Shown here: piece by piece, positions 26,546 through 40,270 of the stretch
Numbering within the stretch: position 1 is the stretch's first letter
Layout: every line of letters starts with the position of its first letter
Notes under the pieces: generated by a model
Database searches by the model: none
Told to the model about the DNA's origin: nothing
The model's input: the letters and a program-made list of their open reading frames with translations, nothing else
Translations under genes and position numbers: made by a program
NCBI GenBank assembly: GCA_032718475.1
Contig: JAUCBJ010006308.1
Location: 1 to 45,008, forward strand
Reading direction: 5' to 3'
Origin: Nemertoderma westbladi
Taxonomy: Eukaryota > Animalia > Xenacoelomorpha
Length of the DNA stretch: 45,008 nt

Positions 26546-27941
26546 ATGAGTTCAACTAAACCTGAAGCTCCGTTTTTCCGCAAGGAAACTCCATTAAAGT
26601 TGAGCTACCTCCATCGCCCGAGTTCCAAACCGTTTCTGCGGAAAACACTGGGAAGTCTCCTCCAATCTCGGGCAATAGAATCCCGCGACGAGGTCGCCTT
26701 TGTGTTCCATGAAGAAGATGAACCTTAACCTTCGGTGAAATCTTTGAGGAAGTCGAGAAGGTAGCTAGTGGTTTCGTCGAGTTGGGTTTAAAACGCGGTG
26801 ATAGGATAGGAATCTATGGCGTGAACTCCCGCCAGTTGATGGTGGGGACCTACGCCGCCGCACGGGCGGGTCTGGTTACGGTTAACGTGAATCCTGCATT
26901 CACTCCCTTGGAATTGCGGCAGACACTCAGCAAGGCTGGAGTCAGTGCTCTGCTGGCAGACTCCGGCGTCCGACACATAAAGTACTACGACCTGCTATGT
27001 ATGGCCCTACCCGAACTGTCCAGCTCGAAACCTGGAAATTTAGAGTCAGAATTTATTCCGAGTCTTCGTCATATTATATTCATGGATGAAATATCTCGTC
27101 CGGGTTGCCATACCTACAAAGCGATTAAAAAAATCGGTGGCTCGGCATCACGTGATCAAGTTCTTCAACTGCAAACTGTGATCGAGCCAGACGATATTTT
27201 AGTGATGATGTTTACTTCTGGAACGACCGGGAACCCCAAAGTGGTTCCAGCTTCCCACCGGTCATAGTATTATTGAATCCGCGGCTAATGGCGGGAATGC
27301 GATTGGTTCTAGCACTTCTAGGCATCCTATTTCTATTTCATTCCCTATGCCATTTTTCCATGTTTCAGCTTATATTATCGCGATTATTGGTTCTGTGGTC
27401 AATGAATGGAAGATTGTCGTACCTTCACGGCTGTTCGATGCAAATAAAACCTTAGAAATGCATAGAGAAGCACAAGTGCAATGTTGTCGGGGCGGTTCCT
27501 TTTATGTTAGTCGATGTCATGAAAATTTATCAAAACTACGATTTGACTTCCCTAAAGAGCTGTGTGGTTGGTGGCATGTCCATTCCTGAAAAAATATATT
27601 CCGATGTCGCTGATAAATTAGAATTAAAATCGCCTTTACGGGCTTATGGCATGAGCGAAATCGGGATTGTGATCGCTGGTGATTGGCGATATTCCAAGGA
27701 GATGTTGCTGCATAATGACGGTTATCTCATGGAGGGGTTGGAGGTTAAAATAACTGGAGAGAACGGGGAAATTGTGTCGGTAAACACCGTCGGCGAGATC
27801 TGTTTCAGAGGTCATTGTGTGTTTCAAGGTTACTTGGAGAATGAAGAAAAGACAAAGGAATTGATGAAATCCAATGGGTGGTTTAAAACCGGGGACTTGG
27901 GGACCATGGATGAGAATGGGTACATTAACATTGTGGGTCGG
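26546..27941 (+). pseudogene. ACSF2: ACSF2-like acyl-CoA synthetase (AMP-binding) pseudogene, intronless, 3'-truncated
   Basis: LSYLH..., LTFGEIFEEVEKVASGFVELGLKRGDRIG, VNVNPAF, FTSGTTGNPK, MPFFH, AYGMSE, GEICFRG, GWFKTGDLG, IVGR. Frame breaks near 26725, 27265 and 27460; similarity stops after IVGR, so the C-terminal domain is missing. Confidence 0.88.
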
Positions 27942-30147
27942 ATACAATACGGTGCGGTTGTCACTGGAAGAGGTAAAGTCTTTACAGTTGACACTTTTAC
28001 ACTTTCTACACAACAAACGCGTGCCTAATATTTTGAATACTTATATAGATAATTTGATTTTAATGTAGGTGTGTAAACGATATGCAGACAACAGACAATT
28101 GACAGTCGACAAACACTGTCGACAACCTTAATTATGAACAAAAATAAAACTGGAACCTGTGATCTTAACTTTCGTTTATTGTTTTGGTTCGAATACTGCA
28201 AGTCACCACTGTCTCTATATATCGGTTGTCTGCTGTCGGTAAGTCTGCTTTGCATGAGATAATTGTTGCTAGTCACACATGTCAGGGTTTAACTAATAAG
28301 CTGATTTGTAATTTGTTAAATAAATAGTACAGTATAATTTTTTGCTGCTTTAATTGCTAGTGTGTAACTATAACTTGTCAACATTTTGATTATAATAATT
28401 TATATCTGTAGCTTTATATTTATATATAAAGTTATAAAAATTATTGAATGTATTAATCATAACGACATTTTTCGAAATTACAAAAAATTTGGATTGTACA
28501 TGCACAATGAATGAATGTACTGTTGTTGTTTGTACAGTATGCCCAAGCCCATGCCCAAGGACTACTTCAGTAGTCCTTGAGTATGCCGAAAGAGATCTTT
28601 TAATAGGGAAATGACGTCTAAGATACCCGCAAACAGTACAAAAAAAGTTGAATTTGTAGCTAGCTTTCAAATTAGAGCCCTTGAAGTCCTTCCTACCTTG
28701 GCTGAGTTCATTTAATATAAAACATTAAGGGAAAGGAGCAGGTTGCAGTGTCGGTGTTTTCTAACAAAGACATTATAAACAAAACTTTATTTCATATCAT
28801 TCTGCCTTGCGTCCTTAAGTGGTAGCTAAATGACTCACCACACTGCCTACCGGTAGTCAGGTGACTAGATGTGCTATAAACCAACCACAACCACTCACCA
28901 TGGTATAGAGCATGAGTTGGGGTTATAGTCCGAGAAGCATAGTTCTAGAAGGAAAATGTTGAGGAGTAAAAAGTGAGTCGAATAGTTAACGTAATATTTT
29001 TTGCTCGTAATAAATGCTATACATTTAAAACACCATATTCCTATAAGAATAACTACCAAGCGCATGATACATATTGCTACACATTCAAAACGAATTAATT
29101 CAATACAAAGGAAAGCCTATGGCTACGGTAGAGCTAACTAAACTATAAAACCAGACTTGAACTTTAAAAACTCGAAACACAACCTGACAAGAATTGCCCG
29201 AAATTATGTATTGCTGCATTAATAAAAGAACAACAATGTACTGCGCTAATATAATTGTAATTAATGTGCAATACTAATAATGTATCGATCATAATTTCCA
29301 CTCAATATTATAACATCAACAAGGTAATAAAACATGATAATATACTTTATTTTAACGTATATCCAATATTTCCCCGCATACAATATATGATAAAACAAAA
29401 ATCTTGCGTGGGTGGGTAGCTAGCTGCGTGCGAAAGCAATAAATGTACAAAATTTTCACGAAAAAGAATGAAGAACGCACAATACTATTGTACAAAAAAT
29501 AGTGATGCTGAGATACTGTATAACAAACGAATATAATTGTGTAGGCGATACGATATTATTATCACACACAATAGTGACTGATTCTCAACAACATAGGCTA
29601 AATCAGTGCCCCTGTCATATTTCGTGTTCTATGGGAGCTATTTACACTTGAATGATTGTAAAGTAGTAAATTAGAGTGATGATAAGAGTGGTTTGTTTCA
29701 CGAACGAAGATTGTGAGTGAGTTAAATAAAGCAAAAAAGTTTGTAAAAAGTAGTTTGGATAGTTAAGTGGCGCTTAGGTCAATAATTGCTTATTCCCTTT
29801 GCATCATTCATTGAAATATGAAAGCTGTGGGACATGCAATGAACGATTTGTTAGGGTTAATTTTGTATCAGAGCATTTTAATATAGTTAGTCTTAAAGGA
29901 TTATTGGATACAATAGTTTCGAAATTCTACAGTTTGCACAATTTTGTAGAGAATCAGCCATAAACATGTTTATAAAACAGCACAGCACAAAAACGACAGT
30001 ATCTATACCCCAATACGCCGTCCATCACAAAGAGTATAACCGGAAATTAATTAAATATCAGTTGATAAAACAAAAATGAAGTTATCAGCTTCTCCAACAA
30101 ACCAAAAGTCATCAGTAACAATTCAGTTGATAACAAAGTATTTATAT

Positions 30148-31743
<1,596 letters not shown>

Positions 31744-31914
31744 TCAACACGGGTACTGTACTTAAACAGCGGCAGACTCAGCTCAAGTTCTTCAACCTAA
31801 GAGGAAACATTACAAGTCATAACATGACTAAGTGACTTCCTATCTATAAATAGAACAATAAAATCCAGCAAACGTAATATATTGTTAGAGATAGTTAGAA
31901 AATATTTTTAACTT

Positions 31915-31991
31915 GTAGGACAGGCCCTATTGCACAAAATGGCAGCAGTTAAAAAATACCTTTTGTTTCTTTATTGAAAATAAGCCATGAC
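31915..31991 (-). promoter_or_regulatory. Intronic complementary element (copy B), pairs with 34403-34351
   Basis: Transcript sense GTCATGGCTT...TGCTGCCA....GTG..ATAGGGCCTGTCCTAC is complementary to GTAG.GATAGGCCCTATCAC.....TGGCAGCA...AAGCCATGAT. Confidence 0.7.
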
Positions 31992-32141
31992 ATATAAATA
32001 TATAAACAACATACCGAATAGGAGCTCATGCTCATTCTGATAACATTAACAACTCACACAGAAATCCTACGTCCACTCCACACTGAATACCATTGGGCTA
32101 ATACCAATTCATATTATATATATAGCCAAGTATATTCTATA

Positions 32142-32966
32142 TAGTGCTGCGAACTGAAACAATATTTCACTAGTTTCAGTTCGAATAAACCTATTTATTT
32201 CAGTTCCAGTTGCAGTTCCAGTTTCCAAAAAAAAAAATAGTTTCAGTATCAGTTCTAGTTTCAGTTTGAATGAGGCTGTTTATTTAAGTTCCAGTTTCGG
32301 TTCCAGTTCCTGAAAAAAATAGTTTCAGTTTCAATTCAAGTTTCATAACAATACTACGTAATCACCAATGGCCTGAATTAGCAACATTTGCACTCGCTCA
32401 TTTGGCATTTTCTGGCGCTGGAATCGGTGTGGAGCGTTTGTTTTCTGGCGCTGATATACAATCAGATGGGCGGCTTCGTTCAGTATCCAATACTGCACTC
32501 CGCCAGAGGACCCTAATTGCCTCAAACAAAAACCTTGTCGAACATATTGATTAAAGTTTTAACTTTTCAGAAATTCACAACTTATCCTTGATTTAGTTTT
32601 ATAGTTATATACTTAGTTTTACTTGTTGTTTATACTTTATGTAGTTTCCAAATCAACAAAAACTGGTTTTGATATAAGTGAAATATCTTTTGTTTTTTTT
32701 ATTCCCGGGGGGGGGGGGGGGGGGTGGGGGGGGGGGGCAATATTGTAATATATGTTTACATTTATTTTCAATTTATTACTTTCAGTTTTCAATTTTGAGG
32801 AATTCAGTTCTAGTTCCAGTTCTAGTATTTCAATATATCACGTTTCAGTTCTAGTTTCAGTTTAAGTTTAAAAACATTTTAAGTTTCAGTTCCAGTTCCA
32901 GTTCAGAAAAAATGCCAAAAACAATTTCAAGTTCCAGTTCAGTTTCAGTTTCAGTTCGCAGCACTA
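32142..32966 (+). mobile_element. Internally deleted hAT transposon with transposase C-terminal remnant
   Basis: 19-bp TIR TAGTGCTGCGAACTGAAAC, 8-bp TSD ATTCTATA/ATTGTATA, TTCAG subterminal repeats. 32369-32554 reads WPELATFALAHLAFSGAGIGVERLFSGADIQSDGRLRSVSNTALRQRTLIASNKNLVEHID*, with the ERxFS signature of the hAT dimerisation domain. Confidence 0.88.
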
Positions 32967-32987
32967 ATTGTATATACCGGTACACAT

Positions 32988-33180
32988 GGTACGCAGCAAA
33001 CTTTGCTTGCGAGAAAGCTTCGCCTGTGTTTTGTTAGAAAAAGCCGACTCTGTAACCTGCTCCTTTCCCTAATTTGTTACTAAAATGGTTAATAACACAA
33101 ATCTTATTGGGCGAAGGTTGCTCGCGGGCAAAGATTTGAAGCGGGCGAAGGTTGTACGCGGGCGAAGATGGCACCCAACC
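32988..33180. mobile_element. Short GG...CC element (~190 bp) containing the 68-bp module; second copy at 42913-43101
   Basis: CAGCAAACTT...GAGAAAGCTTCGCC, 68-bp module, CGGGCGAAGGTTG repeats, GCACCCAACC end; flanks GTACACAT/GTACAGAT (7 of 8 match). Confidence 0.7.
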
Positions 33181-33551
33181 GTACAGATACCGTCAAATTG
33201 GTACCACAGTAGACATACCCCAGACAGACCCCACCCGAATCCATATCTTACTAAATTATATTGGGGGGTGAGGGGAGTATATCAAGTTCTCACTTCACTC
33301 AGTAATTAGATAAAAAGTAAGAGTTCATATCATATGGATAGTTGGAACTAAATTTATTAACTCGCGCGCGCACCTTGCAGGAAATGAAAGTTTTTACATC
33401 ATAGTCTCACTGATTTATTAGGTTGTCGTACCAGCACTGAAATACAATAAGTACTAATTTAGTATATCTATCTACTCCACTCAACTGCTTATAATAATAT
33501 ACAACAACTTAGTGACCGCTGGTTACAAAAACAGAATGACATAAAAATAAA

Positions 33552-33815
33552 GTTGTTATTGTTAATGGTCAATACGATGAGTATGAGCTCCAACTATGAC
33601 ATCACATATACAACAGTGCAGGGGCGCGAAGTAAAATACATCAAATGAACATGGATTGCAGTACTTATTTATCATAAATTCTGGTTGTTATTGTTAATGG
33701 TCAATACGATGAGTATGAGCTCCAACTATGACATCACATATACAACAGTGCAGGGGCGCGAAGTAAAATACATCAAATGAACATGGATTGCAGTACTTAT
33801 TTATCATAAATTCTG
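33552..33815. repeat. Exact tandem duplication, 132 bp x 2
   Basis: 33552-33683 is repeated at 33684-33815. Confidence 0.92.
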
Positions 33816-34331
33816 GTATGAGGTAGGAAATATAAAGGCAAGTCACCAGAGATCCCCCGCCTATTGATATTCGATGCAAAATAACCAAAATCTGGCCTGC
33901 AATTTCTCCTACTACATAAAAAAATATGCTTAATAATATAATTTGACGTCATGAAGTCAGTATAATAATTAAAAGAACTAATATTTAGCCCTGTAAAGCA
34001 TTAAGTAGATTGTAGACACCGAGGGGTAAGTAAATCTACCTAGTTGAAACAACTCAATCGAAATAAATGCCCCTTTTAAACTCCCTTCCGAGCTCGCTTG
34101 ACTCAGTACATATTCTTTTTAGAGCACTGCACTGCATGTATACATTAAATCATAATTATATATATACCGGTAGTCAAAAAAAAAATATATATATATCCCT
34201 ACTGATTGGCAATTCGTTTTGAAATAATTATTACTGTATTAAAACCAGATATATAACTAATGATTTACTAAACTTTTCCTATCAGGTCAATATTTTGTCA
34301 AGATATGTACTCATTTATACATAAAACTTAC

Positions 34332-34565
34332 CAATATTTTCCATTTTCAAATCATGGCTTTGGGTTTATTTGCTGCCAAAAACGTGATAGGGCCTATCTC
34401 TACCTATAATACACCATACACAGCATCCTCGTGGAATGCCATCTATTTAGATACATTTTACTCCAGACGCAACAGCCAGTTTTACAATTACCAGCCGTGT
34501 GTCCGTAAATATGTCTTCTTGTGACCCATATTCGAACCAGTATCGATGCCGGTTCAAACTGAGTC
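34332..34565 (-). promoter_or_regulatory. Putative uORF-containing 5'UTR cassette exon (copy B)
   Basis: Long pyrimidine tract and TTCCAG acceptor, TTG|GTAAGT donor at 34331 (weaker alternative TAG|GTAGAG at 34403), 7 ATGs, uORF 34529-34488 (MGHKKTYLRTHGW*). Upstream donor ACG|GTAAGG at 34860. Confidence 0.65.
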
Positions 34566-35912
34566 CTGGAAGATATGAGAAAAACAATATTAGGAAGATG
34601 GGTAGGTAGGGGTAGTAGGATAAGTAGGGGTAGACCTAGCACTATAATAATTTCTAGTAGGGGGCCCATAAAACTGAACTGACCAGTGCTTGTCCTTTCT
34701 GCCTTTAACCATGGCTACATGATGACAGACCACTAAATATATTCTGCCAAATTGCAAAAATTTAAAAATAGAACCAAAATTCAAACGAACAATCGAGTTA
34801 AACAGTTAAAAGTGATTGAAAGTGCAGTTAAGTTTGCTACCGGTACAAGGTTACCTTACCGTCACATCACAACAATCAGACAGTAGCAGTCTGGCAGTTA
34901 GCAGTCAGGTAAGGCAGTTGGACTTGGAATGGAACAAGGAACTGACCTGACAGACTGACTGCTGGACTGAAGACTGCAGGACTGTATGGTCTACAGGTCT
35001 ATGGCTGTATGGCATGCTGGTATCTGGCAGTCTGTGGTCTGGCGTCTGGCTGTATGGTATCGCTATCCAGCTATCGGTATCTGGGTATGTACACTGTACA
35101 GACAACTGCAAACTGAGACAAGCAAGCCATGTAGGCCTAACTCCAGAACTCAGTCTGTCAGTAACTGGTAACTGCAATAGCTGATAGCATACTGGCATAG
35201 ACTGATAGAGCTGTAGAGTTAGTGTTATTTAGATACTGTCATAGACTGATAGAGCGCCTTTCTGCTCTTGCGTTGGCAACGGGCAGACGGCAGACGGGGA
35301 TATTTGACAGTAGAATGAATACAGGCAGACAGGAATAGGCCTACCTGAATACTGACTGGCTGGGTTTGCGTACCTGTCTTTTTAAGATTTGTAGACTACC
35401 GGACCGGCAGGCAGCAGGGCCGGTACAGATTCGTCGATTAGGCTATACCAGTACAGCAGTATACAGGTATACCGACCGACCAGCTGACAGACTGACCAAA
35501 CGGTACGGGCAGACGGGTAGGCCTTCACTTCAATTCCTTGGCAGCTTGGTACCTGGGTATGGTTGATGGTACCGCGGTTACTATACTTCAGATCAGAACT
35601 TGAGTCAGCTACAGTGTCTGACAATCTGAGTGTAGACTGGACTGCAGCACTGCATCAGCCAGTCAGCACTGACAGCTTGACTGGCTTGTTTGAGCCTTCT
35701 TTGATCTTGTCGACTTGGGACTTTGTGAAGCTGATCCTCTCCTTATTGCAGTATTGTGCTGTTGTTATTGTAGGCTTATCTTCTCTTCAGTCTTCACACA
35801 CCACTCGGTCTGCAGGTCTGACAGTTTTGTCTACCGGTACCGTAGCGCGTAGCGGTAGTGCAACTTATGCAAGTTTCCTGAACTGAACTCTCAAATACAT
35901 TGTTGCTGTCTT

Positions 35913-36744
35913 GCATGGAATACTAACATGTATTCACCATCAGACCATGTCCTGGAATATAGTGCCGTTATTCTGGTACATGCACAAAACGGGTCTGGTA
36001 CATCCAAAAATTTTTTTTTGCAAATCTTAATGAGATTGCATGAAATTTGATACAGAGATAGTTTCACCTCCCTCCTCCTTGCTGGGTGAGCCAGAATTTT
36101 TACTGACCGTGCAAGGATTCCAAATATGTAAAAATACAGTATATGAATTTGGTGGGAAATGGCTGAGATATGGGCATTCGAATTTTGCATGTATACAATG
36201 TTCTAGAACATTTTGTTTATCTCATAAGTAGCTGGCAACAACTGAACAATGCTATGCCTACATGATAATACTAGTACGTGGATATTCAATAATTCATACG
36301 TAATCAAAATATTGTAGAACATTGTGTATTTATTAAATAGAATAAATGGCCTGCATATCTCAGCCATTTACCAACCAAATTCAAATATTTTTACATATTT
36401 GGAATCCTTGCATGGCCAGCTTTTCCACTAGTATCTACAAATCACTATAAGGTTGAATATTAACTGTGCTGTAACTGGCGCAATATCGACGGAGACACTT
36501 TTTTTAAACGCTTGTAGCTATTCAGCTATTGAACGAAAGCGAAAGTAAAAATTCTGCCTCACCTGCAGAGGAGGAGGGAGATGGAACTAACTCTGTTTCA
36601 AATTTCATGCAATCTCATTACAATTTGTAAAAAAATTTGGGTGGGGGGGGGGGGGGGGGGGGGCATGTACCAGAATAACGACACTATATTCTAGGACATG
36701 GTATAATGTATACATGTATGTATACAGTATTTAGTATTCCATGT
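35913..36744. mobile_element. Foldback-type MITE with long imperfect TIRs
   Basis: ACCATGTCCTGGAATATAGTGCCGTTATTCTGGTACATGC versus GCATGTACCAGAATAACGACACTATATTCTAGGACATGGT, plus further inverted blocks. A related fragment is at ~15797-15965. Confidence 0.75.
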
Positions 36745-36759
36745 GTCTTGCTTTTAATT

Positions 36760-38606
36760 CAGGGGCGGGCGTCACGAAGCTCTGTTAATTTTAAAGTTAA
36801 CGGAGGTTTAACGGAAGTGCACTTAACGGAGAACTCATAATGGGCGACACGAACGAGTATTTAGGCCTCCGTTAGTGAGTTCTCCGTTAAGGCTCCGTTA
36901 GTACTAAACGTGATACTTTCCAAATGATTATAAAATTGCGTACAGGTGAGTGTTGTTGTGGTTGCTTAGGCAACTCGATAATGTTATTGTTGGAGTGCCG
37001 TTTCAAATTGAAACCCTTCCACATCTAAAAAATATTATACTACCGCACATGCAGTACATACTACCGCTAGAGTTTCATGTTTAGGCAATAGCGCACATAA
37101 TTAATGTTAAGATCTGGCATCTGGGGCGGGCGACAAGAAGCTCCGTTAATTTTAAAGTTAACGGAGGTTTAACGGAAGTGCACTTAACGGAGAACTCATA
37201 ATGGGCGACACGAACGAGTATTTAGGCCTCCGTTAGTGAGTTCTCCGTTAAGGCTCCGTTAGTAATAAATGTGATACTTTCCAAACGATCATAAAATTGC
37301 GTACACGTGAATGTTGTTGTGGTTGCTTAGGCAACTCGATAATGTTATTGTTGGAGTGCCGTTTCAAATTGAAACCCTTCCACATCTAAAAAATATTATA
37401 TACCAAAGCAGTACATACTACCGCTACAGTTTCATGTTTAGGCAATAGCGCACACAATTAATGTTAAGATCGGGAATGTAACATCATCAAAACAACTAAT
37501 AGAGCATATGGAGTGCCCGAGTATTGGGTAGAAATCTACTCTACTCAATGACCAACGACTTCCACCTGGTCATTGAGGAATCGTTCGTAAAATTATGTAT
37601 CTCTAAGATTTCTGAAAGGGTCTAACTGATGACGGAAAACTAAGTTGAACTGTGTTTATAACCGTGATCGCACATCTAAGTCCACCCACATCAGCTGTAA
37701 TGCGCCGCAATGTTTAATTAGAACTCAAATAGGACTTTGATAATGCGGAGATGATTGAATGTCACACAGAACGTGAATTCAAGTTCTATACTATGAAAGC
37801 TATATATATAGTTTTTCAGAATGCTTTTAGTTATGTAGAGTAGAATACAAAATATTTATTAACGGAACCTTAAAGGTGCTTTCTGGTGGATGGTGTAAAA
37901 TACCTTAACGGATAGTCCTCCGTTAGTGTAACGGAGCTTCGAGACGTTGGATTCCGTTAGTTAAAGCCGCCGTTAATTTAACGGAGGCTTCGTGTCGCTC
38001 ATAATTTTAGTTAACGGCGCCGTTAGCACTAACGGAGCTTCTTGTCGCCCGCCCCTGGAATGTAACATCATCAAAACAACTAATAGAGCATATGTAGTGC
38101 CCGAGTATTGGGTAGAAATCTCTCAATCTCTCAATGACCAACGACTTCCACCTGGTCATTGAGGAATCGTTCGTAAAATTAGGTATCTCTACGATTGCTG
38201 AAAGGGTCTAACTGATGACGGAAAACTAAGTTGAACTGTGTTTATAACTGTGATTGCACATCTAAGTCCACCCACATCAGCTGTAACGCCCCGCAATGTT
38301 TAATTAGAACTACCGTCAAATAGGACTTGGATATATGGATAATGCGGAGATTATTGAATGTCACACAGAACATGAATTCAAGTTCTATACTATGAAAGCT
38401 ATAAATATAGTTTTTCAGAATGCATTTAGTTATGTAGAGTAGAATACAAAACATTTCTTAACGGAACTTTAAAGGTGCCTACTGGTGGATGGTGTAAAAT
38501 ACCTTAATGGAAAGTCCTCCGTTAGTGTAACGGAGCTTCAAGTCGCTGGCTTCCGTTAGTTAACGGCGCCGTTAGCACTAACGGAGCTTCTTGTCGCCCG
38601 CCCCAG
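36760..38606. mobile_element. MITE (GGGGCGGGCGAC TIRs) interrupted by a second copy of itself at 37121-38057
   Basis: 36760-37115 matches the start of the inner copy and 38058-38606 matches its remainder; four TIRs and CCGTTA/TAACGG subterminal motifs are present. Confidence 0.88.
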
Positions 38607-38659
38607 GTGGTCACATGATCACATTTTTTTATGAGCGGATTTGTAGGGCTATCCATAAT

Positions 38660-39142
38660 TTTAGCACTTTACAACTTTAGAGGACATTACAGCATTGTAT
38701 TGGCCTGTATATTTAGTATTGTATTTGGTGTTATTGTTTACGTGGTAACCATGACGGCGTTAAGTAATATCCACTAAGGGAACATTACACAACGCCGTTA
38801 GTATTAACAGCGAGTTGTTATTTAGCACTTTACAACCTTAGAGGACATTACAGCATTGTATTGGCCTGTACATTTAGTATTTTATTTGGTGTTATTGTTT
38901 ACGTGGTAACCATGACGGCGTTAAGTAATATCCACTAAGGGAACATTACACAACGCCGTTAGTATTAACAGCGAGTTGTTATTTAGCACTTTACAACTTT
39001 TGAGGAAATTACAGCATTGTATTGGCCTGTACATTTAGTATTGTATTTGGTGTTATTGTTTACGTGGTAACCATGACGGCGTTAAGTAATCTCCACTAAG
39101 GGGACATTACTTAACGCCGTCATTGGATACCACGTAAACAAT
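38660..39142. repeat. Tandem repeat, 161-bp unit, about 3 copies, ending in an inverted repeat
   Basis: TTAGCACTTTACAA at 38661, 38822, 38983. Terminal ACGCCGTCATTGGATACCACGTAAACAATA folds back on TATTGTTTACGTGGTAACCATGACGGCGT. Confidence 0.9.
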
Positions 39143-40181
39143 AGCTGGAAATTTGCCTGACAGTCAGGGCCTACTGCTTTACCTACCGGTAGGCGGGGTA
39201 TAGCTATTAATATCCAGTAGGGCCGAGCTATATTATTATAACATGGCTCTAAACACCGCCATAAATATAAGCTAACTTATTTATAACATAATTTATGTCA
39301 TTTTTACATATATTTATTCAACTTCAATTACCGTATTCCAGAATGTATTATTTCCATTTATGTTAATGAGTGCTGCTTTATTAAAATAATTCATTTTAAA
39401 GTAAAAAGAAGGTCTATTTGGCTAATATAATTACATAATACAACGTAAACGCTTTCGGCCTACCGGCCTGCCTCAGGATTAAAGAATACAGGAATGCACC
39501 ACCATGTTTGGTGAAATTTGAGAAATTCGAGAGAAAATTCGAGAAATTTTTTTTACGGATTCTGGATGACAAATTTTAGTTCTCGAGTTATAGCTGTCTG
39601 TTTGTCTCTCAGTCGGTCAGTCAGACAAAATTTAAAAAACACATGCAATGTAGGCCTACAATTTTCGCTATATGACATTTCCTGTTTAGTGATCAAATTT
39701 CTAATGTCAGTTTTAATGTTTCATGTATTCTAGATTGTCTGTCATTCTGCTTGCCCGCCTGCATGTCTATCTGTCAGCCTGTCTGTCTTGCTGTCTGTTG
39801 GCCTGCAGGCCTGTCTGTCAGTCAAAAAGTACTGAATGAAATACACAACTGAAAATATTGCAGAGGTTTTCCTGCTCTGTGATCCCATTTCTTATGTCCG
39901 TTTTAACGGTTAAAGGATTTTAGATGGTCTATTAGGTTGTCTGTCTGTCTGTTATATTTTGACGGACAGACCGACATGACATGACATGACAAGAACATGA
40001 CATGACCTATAAGTTCATATGACCAATTTGTTAAAATGACTAATTTCTTGTTGTTTTAACAACATAAATACCATGTTCACGGAAAATTTTTTATACTGGA
40101 AAATAAATTTTGAACAGTTTTTCGTTGTATTTATGATTTACGATCACCTATCACTGTACTATACGTAAGTTATTCCACATT

Positions 40182-40270
40182 GGCGTGCCCTACAGTAGTT
40201 GGTTAAATCGGTTGCTTTGAATTCACATTCTCCTTAGGTCGAGGGTTCGATCCCATCATGGGGGATAGGG
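40182..40270 (+). mobile_element. tRNA-derived SINE head (degenerate)
   Basis: GTAGTTGGTTAAA A-box-like and GGGTTCGATCCC B-box; no clean cloverleaf. Confidence 0.45.

Noticed and set aside
26546-27941. Horizontally acquired bacterial fatty acyl-CoA ligase
   Set aside because: The LSY-type N-terminus and the YYDLL...PEL...PGNL insert follow the ACSF2 pattern found in animals; lack of introns alone is not evidence of transfer. A phylogeny would be needed.
33552-33815. Duplicated intronic snoRNA
   Set aside because: The size fits an H/ACA RNA, but I could not build a two-hairpin fold or convincing boxes, and there is no counterpart in the other paralog.
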